Shown in pieces: positions 21,782-30,284 of a stretch of DNA of 64,000 nucleotides. Source of the stretch: Polyangiales bacterium (GTDB lineage: Bacteria; Myxococcota_A; Polyangia; Polyangiales; CBDCBC01); the NCBI GenBank assembly GCA_044224525.1, contig JBGAKI010000002.1, positions 20,846-84,845 of the forward strand. Reading direction: 5' to 3'. Made by a program: the position numbers and the translations under genes. The notes under the pieces were generated by a model. The model worked only from the letters and a program-made list of their open reading frames with translations. It did not search any database and was not told the DNA's origin. Numbering within the stretch: position 1 is the stretch's first letter; every line of letters begins with the position of its first letter.

Positions 21782-23203
21782 TTAACCGTTGGCCCCAAGG
21801 ACTCGCAGATGTTTTCGCGCGTTTGTGTTGCCGGCGGCCGACTGCAGTCGACCGACAAGGTCGTAATCGGCGGATTTGGTGATATGCACTTTGGCGAAGG
21901 TGCCAGGTTCAATGGTTATTTGTTTACGCGCAGGCAAGGTAATGATCACTTTGCCGTCGATTTCGGGCGCTTGGCCGGCGTGACGGCCCTCAAGCAAGAA
22001 CTCGCTCTCTTCGCTTTCGCCTTCAATCAACACGTCGATGTCTTTGCCCACCCATGTTTTGTTTTTGGTGCGACTAATCGTTTGCTGCGTTTGCATCAGC
22101 GAGTGATAGCGCGCTTCGATGACATCGGGCGCGACAAGGTCAGTCATGGCGCCAGCGTGGGTGCCTTCTTCATGTGAATAGGCGAATACTGCTAAGCGAT
22201 CAAACTTCGCCCACTCAATGAATTTTTGCAGTTCGGAAAAATCGGCTTCTGTTTCGCCGGGGTGGCCCACTATGAACGCTGAACGAAAGGTCATGTTCGG
22301 GATTTTTTCGCGCATGCGCTCAACCAGCGTGTAAAGCCGCTCGCCGCCGTGACCGCGACGCATGCGGGTGAGCATGTTGTCACTTGCGTGTTGTAAGGGC
22401 ATGTCGATATAGGGCACCACCTTGGGATGCGACGCGAAGAGCTCGAAAAGTTCGTCGCTGAGTTTTTCTGGGTAAAGATAAAACACGCGCAACCAACGCA
22501 GGTGGTCAAGCTCACCCAGACGTTTGATGAGCTCGACGAGTTGACCACGTTCCTTGAGATCGCGGCCATATGAAACAGTGTCTTGGCTAATCAGATTGAG
22601 TTCGACGACGCCTTGTTCGGTGAGACGTTTGGCTTCGGCGTATAGATCGTCGATGCTGCGTGAACGCTGCTTGCCGCGAAACGATGGGATGGCGCAAAAC
22701 GAACACGCGCGTGAACAACCTTCGGCGATTTTTAGGTAAGCGCTGTAACTGTATTGTGATAGGCGCCGCGGATCGAGCGCGCTGAGCGTGTGTTCGGCGG
22801 GATTGCCGATCAGCATGCGCGGCGGAATGCTTTTTAGATCGCTCGCCTTAAGGATGTCTTTAAGTTTGAGCATGTCGCCGGTACCCAAGAAGTGGTCGAC
22901 TTCGGGCATGCTCTGAGCAAGTTCGGCGCCGTAACGTTGCGAGAGGCAGCCGGTCACCACCAGTTTTTGGCAGTTGCCATCTTGTTTGAGACGCGCCATC
23001 TCAAGAATGGTGTCGATCGACTCTTGTTTAGCAGCATCGATGAATCCACACGTATTGATTACGATAACTTGTGCAGCGTTTGGGTCTGATACATGCTGAT
23101 ACTGCTGATCGTCACTGACACCGAGCATGACCTCGGTATCGACGCGGTTTTTAGGGCAACCGAGCGAAACGAAATGAATGGTCGGTTGAGGAGGGTTGGC
23201 CAT
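21782..23203 (-). CDS. rimO: Ribosomal protein S12 methylthiotransferase
   Basis: MANPPQPTIHFVSLGCPKNRVDTE is collinear with the E. coli RimO N-terminus. Radical SAM CSRACSFCAIP and a C-terminal TRAM-like region. Confidence 0.9.
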   Translation of the reverse strand: MANPPQPTIHFVSLGCPKNRVDTEVMLGVSDDQQYQHVSDPNAAQVIVINTCGFIDAAKQESIDTILEMARLKQDGNCQKLVVTGCLSQRYGAELAQSMPEVDHFLGTGDMLKLKDILKASDLKSIPPRMLIGNPAEHTLSALDPRRLSQYSYSAYLKIAEGCSRACSFCAIPSFRGKQRSRSIDDLYAEAKRLTEQGVVELNLISQDTVSYGRDLKERGQLVELIKRLGELDHLRWLRVFYLYPEKLSDELFELFASHPKVVPYIDMPLQHASDNMLTRMRRGHGGERLYTLVERMREKIPNMTFRSAFIVGHPGETEADFSELQKFIEWAKFDRLAVFAYSHEEGTHAGAMTDLVAPDVIEARYHSLMQTQQTISRTKNKTWVGKDIDVLIEGESEESEFLLEGRHAGQAPEIDGKVIITLPARKQITIEPGTFAKVHITKSADYDLVGRLQSAAGNTNARKHLRVLGANG

Positions 23204-23315
23204 GAAAAGGTTGCAAATTATGAACTTTTTTAGGGTTTTGGTCAACCGAGCGGCAAAAAGCGGGCTTTTTGCACAGAAGTGTTGTCAGTTAGGAGCGAAA
23301 CCTTTATTGTGAAGT

Positions 23316-23579
23316 GAGGTGCTGGCGGATGGGTCTAGGCCCCGGAATGTTCTGAAACTTTCGCAAGAAAGATCGCGCTGGTAGGACTGTGAGGCATCTG
23401 CCTTTGTTATCGAACGCTTTCAGCTGCAACAAGAAAGCGCCGGCTTGTCCGGGGGAGGGTTAGAAATGAACTGCACTAAACGTAACCTCTTGCTGAGGGT
23501 TGTCATCAGTTAGTTCTCTGCCCTCGCAAGAGGATTTCGGAGGGGCGGCTTTCACAAGAAGGCCGCCCCTTTTTCTTTT
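23316..23579 (+). ncRNA. Candidate unclassified structured small RNA, or a micro-ORF transcript
   Basis: Plus-strand promoter-like TTGTCA-17nt-TATTGT (23281-23309), a GCAA-loop hairpin, a 13-bp bulged hairpin (23486-23533) and a strong intrinsic terminator. There is no plus-strand gene on either side. The 5' end is a guess. Confidence 0.3.
23541..23579 (+). terminator. Rho-independent terminator (plus-strand polarity)
   Basis: aggggcggc/gccgcccct stem, extendable to about 13 bp, followed by TTTTTCTTTT. On the minus strand no U-tract follows the hairpin. Confidence 0.75.
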
Positions 23580-23584
23580 AGGCG

Positions 23585-24829
23585 CTAGGGAAGTTGAAAG
23601 AATAGGCCGTTTTGTGCGGCTTGTGGATTCGTAATGGAGGACAAAAAGGTTTGCGTGGCGGTGCCGTCGTAACTTGTGTCGTCGTCTGTGCCGGATTCAA
23701 GAACGAGCGAGTCGGCAGGTGTTTGTGTAAAACTTCCGCCGTCGGTGCGTGCGAAGCGTGACAAACACGCAATGGTGGATTGTGCGCGCGCTTCGCTTTG
23801 TTCTTGTTTGATTTGGTTAAACACATTAACAACATAGTCGCGAAAGAAGCGTGACTTACCAATGTATTTGGTGCGCATCGACCGGCACTTATTGAGTTGG
23901 GTTGCGTCCAACACATTGGTCTCACTTAGCGCTGCGAGCGGAAAGCAGTTGGCATTACTGACCGCTCCATAAATGGTCATTTGTGTTCTGCCCTGATCGA
24001 TTTGATAGAGTGGACCGCCTGAGTCGCCTGGGTTGGTTTGGGGGCCTAGCTTTGCATCACAATCACGATCTGGATAAAAAGCGATTTGTGAGATGTCGTC
24101 AAAGGTCTTGTAATCGTAGATAGTTATTAGCGGATCGGTGAACATGAATGAGGTACCGCTGGCCATGTGCGTGCGTGTGGCAGCAAAGGCTTTGTCTAGA
24201 CACGCCGTGTCATTGTCGTCGACACACTTGCCGTAGTTGGTGCTGATGCGATAGGCCGCTTCGGAGTCGATGTTGGCGCCGCCGGCATCGAGTGTTTTGA
24301 TATCCGCGGGCGGATCGGGTGAGAACGCAACTGGCAAAAGATTGAGTCGCGCAGCCGCCGAGAATTGCGCCTGCCTGAAGGGCGTGGGCCAATGCAATGC
24401 GGCTAAATCGTGTGGAAAACTTAAGCCGGCGGTGGCGCTTGCTTTGGAATGATATACCCAACCGATATTCGAGCGCTTCTCGCACAAAGGTTCAAGAAAA
24501 CCTTGGTTAAAAATCACACAGATGTATTGTGTCTCAGCGGCCGTAATAAAGCTAGACACCACATGCGCGGCGGTAAGAATGACGTCGCCCGCTGTGCCCA
24601 CCACAACACCGGTGCCGCGTTTTGAAGTTGCAGATTCTTTCAAGCGTTTGAGCGTGGTCGAGTCCCAGTGCAAGATCGGTTCACTGTGACCCACGAGCAC
24701 CACAACATTTGGATCGCCCGGACCGAAGTTAACCGTTTCGGTTGATGCATCATCACTCGAGCTGCAGGCGACTAATAATAACCCAAGCGCACAACTCAGA
24801 TAAGTGAGTCGTTGGCGACCAGCGTTCAT
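23585..24829 (-). CDS. Trypsin-like (S1 family) serine protease lipoprotein
   Basis: Lipobox LLVAC, His motif VILTAAHVV, Asp HDLAAL, Ser motif NPGDSGGPLY. Confidence 0.8.
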   Translation of the reverse strand: MNAGRQRLTYLSCALGLLLVACSSSDDASTETVNFGPGDPNVVVLVGHSEPILHWDSTTLKRLKESATSKRGTGVVVGTAGDVILTAAHVVSSFITAAETQYICVIFNQGFLEPLCEKRSNIGWVYHSKASATAGLSFPHDLAALHWPTPFRQAQFSAAARLNLLPVAFSPDPPADIKTLDAGGANIDSEAAYRISTNYGKCVDDNDTACLDKAFAATRTHMASGTSFMFTDPLITIYDYKTFDDISQIAFYPDRDCDAKLGPQTNPGDSGGPLYQIDQGRTQMTIYGAVSNANCFPLAALSETNVLDATQLNKCRSMRTKYIGKSRFFRDYVVNVFNQIKQEQSEARAQSTIACLSRFARTDGGSFTQTPADSLVLESGTDDDTSYDGTATQTFLSSITNPQAAQNGLFFQLP

Positions 24830-25773
24830 GAGCCTTTAACTTTTGCGAGCAGCGCATCGATGATTTCAGCGGCAAGGTCGCGCTTTAAGATGGGGCCCAT
24901 CGCTTGGATGCCGGTCGGGCTCGTCACGTTAACCTCGATCAGTTTTCCGGCGAGAATATCGAGGCCAACAAACCACAAACCGTCGGCTTTAAAGCGCGGC
25001 GCAAGCTTGGCGACAATGTCGCGATCGTGTGTGGTCAGTGTGTCGGCTTCGGCGCGGGCGCCGATGGCGAGGTTACTGCGAATGTCATCGGCGCGCGGAA
25101 TGCGGCGCATCGAGCCTAGGATTTGGCCGTCGAGTACGAGCACACGTTTGTCGCCTTCGCTTTGAATTTCGGGCATGAACGCCTGCACCATGACTAAACG
25201 TTTGCCGAGCCTTGTTTGCAGCTCGACGATACCGCGATAGTTGGTGTCGCTTGCGCGCAGCACCATCACACCTTCGCCGCCTTTGCCGTCGAGCGGTTTG
25301 ATCACTGCTTGGCCGCCCTGTGCATCGACAAAGCTGCGGATCTCGGTGTGGTCGCTGGTGACGATGGTCGGCGGCATCAGATCGGCAAAAAAATGCGTGT
25401 AGAGTTTTTCGTTGGCCTCGCGCAAACCACGAGGGTCGTTGAGCACAAGGGTTTGTGAGCGCGCAAGTTCGAGAATTTGTGTAGCCCACAAATAGGCGTC
25501 GTCGAAGGGAGGCTCTTTACGAATCAGAACAGCAGCATAATCGTCAAGGTAAACTCGGCTCACCTCACCAAGCTGTAAGGGTGGGTCACTTGCGCGCGAT
25601 GCTTGTGCTGGGCGCGCGTAGGCAAATGCGCGCGCTTGTTCGAGCCCCAAATCGCTGACCAAACAATGTTCGATTTGAAATCCGCGTTTTTGTAACTCGA
25701 GCATCCAGGCAAACGAAGTATCGCTTGCCGGGCGAACGGTGTGCACGGGATCCATGACAAAGAGAAAGCGCAT
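24826..25773 (-). CDS. gshB: Glutathione synthetase (ATP-grasp)
   Basis: MRFLFVMDPVHTVRPASDTSFAWMLELQKRGF is collinear with the E. coli GshB N-terminus; ATP-grasp C-part. Confidence 0.9.
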   Translation of the reverse strand: MRFLFVMDPVHTVRPASDTSFAWMLELQKRGFQIEHCLVSDLGLEQARAFAYARPAQASRASDPPLQLGEVSRVYLDDYAAVLIRKEPPFDDAYLWATQILELARSQTLVLNDPRGLREANEKLYTHFFADLMPPTIVTSDHTEIRSFVDAQGGQAVIKPLDGKGGEGVMVLRASDTNYRGIVELQTRLGKRLVMVQAFMPEIQSEGDKRVLVLDGQILGSMRRIPRADDIRSNLAIGARAEADTLTTHDRDIVAKLAPRFKADGLWFVGLDILAGKLIEVNVTSPTGIQAMGPILKRDLAAEIIDALLAKVKGS

Positions 25774-25852
25774 TGCGGCTAAGTTTGGCGCATTGGGCTT
25801 GCCTAATCAAGCCCGGCTCGTATGGTTAGCGCGTTTATTGAACGAGGACGTC

Positions 25853-27544
25853 ATGCGAATTATCTCATTGATAACAACCCTTTCGGTTCTTCTTTTTGTT
25901 ACAAGCGCTCAAGGCGAACAAAAAACGCATTTCAGCGAATATGCGGTGGTTGCGGGCGAGGCGCAGGCTGCACAAGCGGGCGCGCAGATTATTGAGCAGG
26001 GCGGTAGTGCGGCCGATGCGGCGGCGGCGGCGATGTTAACGCTCGGATTGACGAGCCCGATGTCGAGTGGTTTTGCCGGTGGCGGATGGGGTTTGTATTA
26101 CGACGCCAAAACGGCCCAAACCGTGTTTCTTGATTTTCGCGAACGCGCTCCAAAAATGGCATCACCGAACATGTTCGTAAAGCAAAAAAATCCGGCAGAG
26201 GCATCGCGTATTGGCGGTCTCGCAGTGGCTGTGCCCGGAGAACCCAAAGGGATAGAGCAGCTGGTTAAACGTTTTGGTAAACTCGATCTTGAACATGTGA
26301 CCGCGCCCGCTCGCCGCTTGGCTGAGAATGGCTTTTATTTGTCGGGCTATTTTGTGCAGATGGCAGGCAAGTTTAAAAGCCAGATTTACAAGGACCCGTA
26401 TGCGTCGACGTGGTTCAACAATGTCGGGCGCATTGAAGCTGGGACCGTGCAGCGCAATCCGGCCTTAGCAGAAGTGCTTGCTTGTTTTGCACGCGAAGGT
26501 TCGAGTTGTTTTTATACCGGTAAAGTGGCTAAGGCGATGGTCGCTGAGATCAAAAAGCGCGGAGGCGTCTTGTCGCTAGAGGATCTGAAAGACTATCAAG
26601 TGTTTGAGCGACAAACGCTGAGCGCCGAACATTTTGGTTATGAGTTTGTGACAGCGCCTGCGCCCAGTGCAGGCGGATACATCATGCTTGCAAGCCTTGG
26701 GCTTTTAGAAGAGTGGCTTGGTAAGCGCAAACCAAGCGAGAACGCCGAGTGGTACCATATGCTTGCAGAATCATGGAAGGGGCCTTTTATCGATCGCACT
26801 CAATACATCACCGACCCTGTCGACACGACCGTGTTGATGAGCGAGCTGCTTAACCCGGCCCGCATTGCCAAGCGCGCCAAGGTTTTCAATCGGCAAACTG
26901 CGCAAGAGCCGGAAAAATATGACGTTCCACTGGGTGAGCGCGCGCGCAAGAACTATCCCGCTGAAGACCATGGCACGTCACACGTGTGCGTGGTTGATAA
27001 AGAAGGCAACGTGGCGTCGTTCACCACGAGCGTGAACTTGCCGTTTGGCGCTGGATTTAGCGTACATGGCATGTTTATGAACGACACGATGGACGACTTT
27101 AACCAACCTGGAGGTGCGAGCAACGCTTTTGGTTTACACAGCGGTGAGCTCAACCAACCGAAACCAGGACGCACTCCAGTGTCGAGTACCACGCCCACGA
27201 TTGTTTTCAAGAACGGTAAGCCGGTCATGTGTGTGGGCGGCAGCGGCGGATCGCGAATTGTAACTGCTGTCGAGCAGGCGGCGCTTAGGGTGCTGCTGAT
27301 GAAGCGATCTGTGCTCGATGCTGTTACCCAACCGCGTATTCATCATCAGGCGATGCCCAACGAAATTTCGTATGAAGACATGGATGCCAAAACGATGATT
27401 GCGCTCACCAAAATGAAGCACAAGACAAGCGGTGACGCGCCTTTTTCTGGCGCAGTGCAGATGATTCATATCGGTGAGGGTAAAACGCGTTCGCTCGAAG
27501 CAGCGAGTGATCCACGCAAACAAGGGTACGCGGCGGGGCGTTAA
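25853..27544 (+). CDS. ggt: Gamma-glutamyltranspeptidase
   Basis: Signal peptide MRIISLITTLSVLLFVTSAQG (the ORF track starts earlier, at 25739). Autoprocessing/nucleophile site GTSHVCVVDKEGN. GGSGGSRI motif. Confidence 0.92.
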   Translation: MRIISLITTLSVLLFVTSAQGEQKTHFSEYAVVAGEAQAAQAGAQIIEQGGSAADAAAAAMLTLGLTSPMSSGFAGGGWGLYYDAKTAQTVFLDFRERAPKMASPNMFVKQKNPAEASRIGGLAVAVPGEPKGIEQLVKRFGKLDLEHVTAPARRLAENGFYLSGYFVQMAGKFKSQIYKDPYASTWFNNVGRIEAGTVQRNPALAEVLACFAREGSSCFYTGKVAKAMVAEIKKRGGVLSLEDLKDYQVFERQTLSAEHFGYEFVTAPAPSAGGYIMLASLGLLEEWLGKRKPSENAEWYHMLAESWKGPFIDRTQYITDPVDTTVLMSELLNPARIAKRAKVFNRQTAQEPEKYDVPLGERARKNYPAEDHGTSHVCVVDKEGNVASFTTSVNLPFGAGFSVHGMFMNDTMDDFNQPGGASNAFGLHSGELNQPKPGRTPVSSTTPTIVFKNGKPVMCVGGSGGSRIVTAVEQAALRVLLMKRSVLDAVTQPRIHHQAMPNEISYEDMDAKTMIALTKMKHKTSGDAPFSGAVQMIHIGEGKTRSLEAASDPRKQGYAAGR

Positions 27545-27565
27545 CATTTTGGATGACGTGCTTTG

Positions 27566-27648
27566 GGTGACATGCACTTTAGTGCGTGTCACCCATTCTG
27601 TGAGTTACCTCAAATCCAGAGGTGACACGCACTAAAGTGCATGTCACC
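27566..27648. repeat. Inverted pair of a 28-bp near-palindromic element (ggtgacatgcactttagtgcgtgtcacc)
   Basis: Copy A at 27566-27593 and its exact reverse complement at 27621-27648, separated by 27 nt. A third copy lies at 52423-52450. Confidence 0.9.
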
Positions 27649-27707
27649 GTGAAGTGCATGTCACCGTGAAGTGCATGTCACCGTGAAGTGCATGTCACCG
27701 TAAAGTG
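27632..27707. repeat. Tandem repeat of about 4.5 x 17 bp (gtgaagtgcatgtcacc), derived from one half of the 28-bp element
   Basis: Read directly. Units at 27632, 27649, 27666 and 27683, plus a partial unit that runs up to the stop codon of the convergent gene at 27708. Confidence 0.9.
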
Positions 27708-28214
27708 TTAGAGTTTGTGTGCGGCAATGTATTTCTGCGTGAACCCGTAGATGCGGTCGTAATGTGCTTTAGTGGTTTCGACGATTAACTTTTCGACCAT
27801 CTTGCCGAGGCCAAGAATGCGCACGTTCACGTCGCATTCGCATACGCGTTCAACGCTGTGGTCGGTTATTTTGTCGAGCCAAATTGTGCCTTGGATTTCC
27901 ACCTTGTCGGGAACTTGCGAAGGGATGACTCGGTACTGCCAACGACCGGTACTCGGATCGAAATGGCCGTGTTCAACGTATCGAACGCGTTGACCGATAA
28001 CCTTGCGCAGCAAGTCGGGGATTTCAACGTTGGGCTCAAGTGAAAGTTTACGCTCGAGGCTACCGTCGTCGTTTTTTTCGAAATCGATGATTTCAAAATG
28101 CGCAAAGCCTAAACCTTCAAGATAGGCCTCGCGGTTGTATCGTTCGTCAAAAAAAATCTTGTCCCAAAAGACGTCTTTGGAAACGTTGTAAACATTGCGA
28201 ACCTCAAAGTGCAT
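27708..28214 (-). CDS. SRPBCC-fold protein (DUF2505-like)
   Basis: 168 aa with size and pattern consistent with a START/SRPBCC-like lipid-binding fold. The assignment is weak. Confidence 0.5.
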   Translation of the reverse strand: MHFEVRNVYNVSKDVFWDKIFFDERYNREAYLEGLGFAHFEIIDFEKNDDGSLERKLSLEPNVEIPDLLRKVIGQRVRYVEHGHFDPSTGRWQYRVIPSQVPDKVEIQGTIWLDKITDHSVERVCECDVNVRILGLGKMVEKLIVETTKAHYDRIYGFTQKYIAAHKL

Positions 28215-28226
28215 AGCGCGTGGAGA

Positions 28227-29102
28227 CTATTTTGAACCAGATTTGCGCGATTTGTCACTTTTATTTCGTTTGACGCCTTTGCTCGGCTCTTCCTTCTGCG
28301 CGGGCGGGTGGCTTTGGGCCTTGGTTTTTGCTTTGTTATCTGCTGCGACCAACACGACGGTGATGTTGTCTTCGCCGCCATTTTCGTTGGCTTCCTGAAT
28401 CAGCGCCTTGCAACCCTTGTCGAGATTGCCGTCTGCCGCGAGCACAACCTCACAAAGCTTCTCGTCGCTCAGCATGCCGCTTAGACCGTCGGAGCAGAGC
28501 AAAAAGATATCACCTGGCAAAACCTCTTCGGTGGTGACGTCAACGACGACCGTGCTTTGCATGCCAAGTGCGCGGGTAATTACGTTCTTAGGAAGCTCTT
28601 GACGTTGCTCGGGAGAAATGTCTGGCAAGAAGATCATGTACTCGTTGATGAGCGAATGATCGCGGGTCAACATCGTGATCTTTTTGTCGCGTATGCGATA
28701 GGCGCGGCTATCGCCCACATGGGCAATGTATGCGCGTGCGCGATCGGGCACATGCACCAGCGCCACGACGGTCGTGCCCATCCCATACATTTCTTTGTCT
28801 GCGTAAGATGCTTCGAAGATCTTTTTGTTGGCGAGTTTTATGCCCGACACCAAACGATTTTCTTCGACTGTTAATTTAGGATCGTAGTGAAAAGGCCAGG
28901 TCACATCTTCGCGCTGCGTTTCTGAGAAAAAGCGCGAGAGCACTGCTGTGGCCATTTTGCTCGCAATGTCGCCGGCGCGATGACCGCCCATGCCGTCGGC
29001 AACCACGTAAAGAGAATGTTCTTCACAAAGGCAGAAGCTATCTTCGTTATGTTCACGTTGAAGGCCGACGTCGGTTTGACCGGCACAGGTAACCTTAATC
29101 AT
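28227..29102 (-). CDS. PP2C-family Ser/Thr protein phosphatase with a Lys-rich C-terminal tail
   Basis: GQTDVGLQREHNEDS, VADGMGGHRAGDIAS, LLCSDGL, GGEDNITVVLV. Tail KAKTKAQ...KRNKSDKSRKSGSK. Confidence 0.9.
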   Translation of the reverse strand: MIKVTCAGQTDVGLQREHNEDSFCLCEEHSLYVVADGMGGHRAGDIASKMATAVLSRFFSETQREDVTWPFHYDPKLTVEENRLVSGIKLANKKIFEASYADKEMYGMGTTVVALVHVPDRARAYIAHVGDSRAYRIRDKKITMLTRDHSLINEYMIFLPDISPEQRQELPKNVITRALGMQSTVVVDVTTEEVLPGDIFLLCSDGLSGMLSDEKLCEVVLAADGNLDKGCKALIQEANENGGEDNITVVLVAADNKAKTKAQSHPPAQKEEPSKGVKRNKSDKSRKSGSK

Positions 29103-29262
29103 GATAGCTACGCATCACCCTTAGCGGATGATTTTAACCCATATCCGAGCGACTGTCCGCCCCTTGGGGATAAAAACACGAAAAAAGACGGGTCGATTGC
29201 AGGCGGACGCAAGACTGATATAGGCTATATTGGCGGGCGATCAGGTCCTAAACGAGCTTTTA

Positions 29263-30114
29263 ATGCGCGCAAACACACTATCTAATCGGTCACGGGTCAT
29301 TTTAGGCGATAGCCTTGAGGTCCTTCGCACCTTGCCCTCGCAATCGGTGGACCTTGTGTATATCGACCCGCCCTTCAACACAGGCAAGGTGCAAAAGCGC
29401 GTGTTTCTAAAAACCACACGCACTGAAGCGGGCCAGGGCACACGGCGAGGTTTTCAAGGGCAGCACTATCAAAGCGAAGTGCAGAGCGAAGCGGCTTACG
29501 GCGACAAGTTCGACGATTACCTGGCATTCTTAAAGCCGCGCATCGAGGAGACCCATCGCGTGTTGAAGATGACCGGGTCTTTTTACTTTCATATCGATTA
29601 TCGCGAAGTGCATTATTGCAAGGTGCTGATCGATGGCATCTTTGGGCGCGACAATTTTTTGAACGAGATTATTTGGGCATACGACTACGGTGCGCGGGCC
29701 ACCAAACGTTGGCCGGCAAAACACGACAACATCTTGTTTTACGCGCGCGATAAAGGTCAGTATTATTTTGACACTACAGAAGTCGATCGCATTCCGTATA
29801 TGGCGCCAGGCTTGGTGGGCGAGGAAAAAGCTGCAAAGGGAAAACTGCCTACCGATACGTGGTGGCACACCATTGTGAGCCCCACAGGCAAAGAAAAGGT
29901 GGGTTACCCCACACAAAAGCCACTGGGCATTTTGCGGCGCATTGTGCGCGCGTCGTGTCCGCCCGAAGGCGTGGTGCTCGATTTTTTTGCCGGCAGCGGC
30001 ACGACGGGCCACGCTGCACTTGAGTCAGGCAGGCAAGCGATTTTGGTCGACGCGAACCCCGAAGCCGTCGAGATTATCGAACGGCGGCTAAAGCGCGTTA
30101 GTTTGCAGGCTTGA
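29263..30114 (+). CDS. Site-specific DNA methyltransferase, beta-class (N6-adenine or N4-cytosine); orphan
   Basis: Motif IV DLVYIDPPFNTG precedes motif I VLDFFAGSGTTGHAA, with YPTQKPLGIL between them. No nuclease gene is adjacent. The ORF track uses an upstream TTG at 29230. Confidence 0.88.
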   Translation: MRANTLSNRSRVILGDSLEVLRTLPSQSVDLVYIDPPFNTGKVQKRVFLKTTRTEAGQGTRRGFQGQHYQSEVQSEAAYGDKFDDYLAFLKPRIEETHRVLKMTGSFYFHIDYREVHYCKVLIDGIFGRDNFLNEIIWAYDYGARATKRWPAKHDNILFYARDKGQYYFDTTEVDRIPYMAPGLVGEEKAAKGKLPTDTWWHTIVSPTGKEKVGYPTQKPLGILRRIVRASCPPEGVVLDFFAGSGTTGHAALESGRQAILVDANPEAVEIIERRLKRVSLQA

Positions 30115-30284
30115 GCGGTAGCCGATCGTGCGCTTGTTGCGCGATCAGTGAGGTCATCGTCGTAAACCCAAGTGCATGTATCTCGACAATGGGCCTAAAT
30201 GTAGCAGTGTTGAGTGTTTGGCAAAAAGGGCTTATTTATTGGATATTTACTGGAATAAAGCTGCCAATGCGCTAGTGATTAGCG

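Noticed and set aside
23246-23584. Known RNA classes (tmRNA, RNase P RNA, SRP RNA, 6S RNA; TPP, cobalamin, ZTP, glycine and c-di-GMP riboswitches) in the rimO-upstream gap
   Set aside because: The conserved core sequences I remember for these families are absent on both strands. A partial CTGGCGGAT resemblance to the ZTP motif lacks the required downstream CCGCCTGGGC pseudoknot partner. The region is kept only as an unclassified candidate.
29263-30114. Restriction-modification or other defence system around the DNA methyltransferase
   Set aside because: No endonuclease, specificity, helicase or ATPase partner lies within several kb. The neighbours are a PP2C phosphatase and a small lipoprotein.
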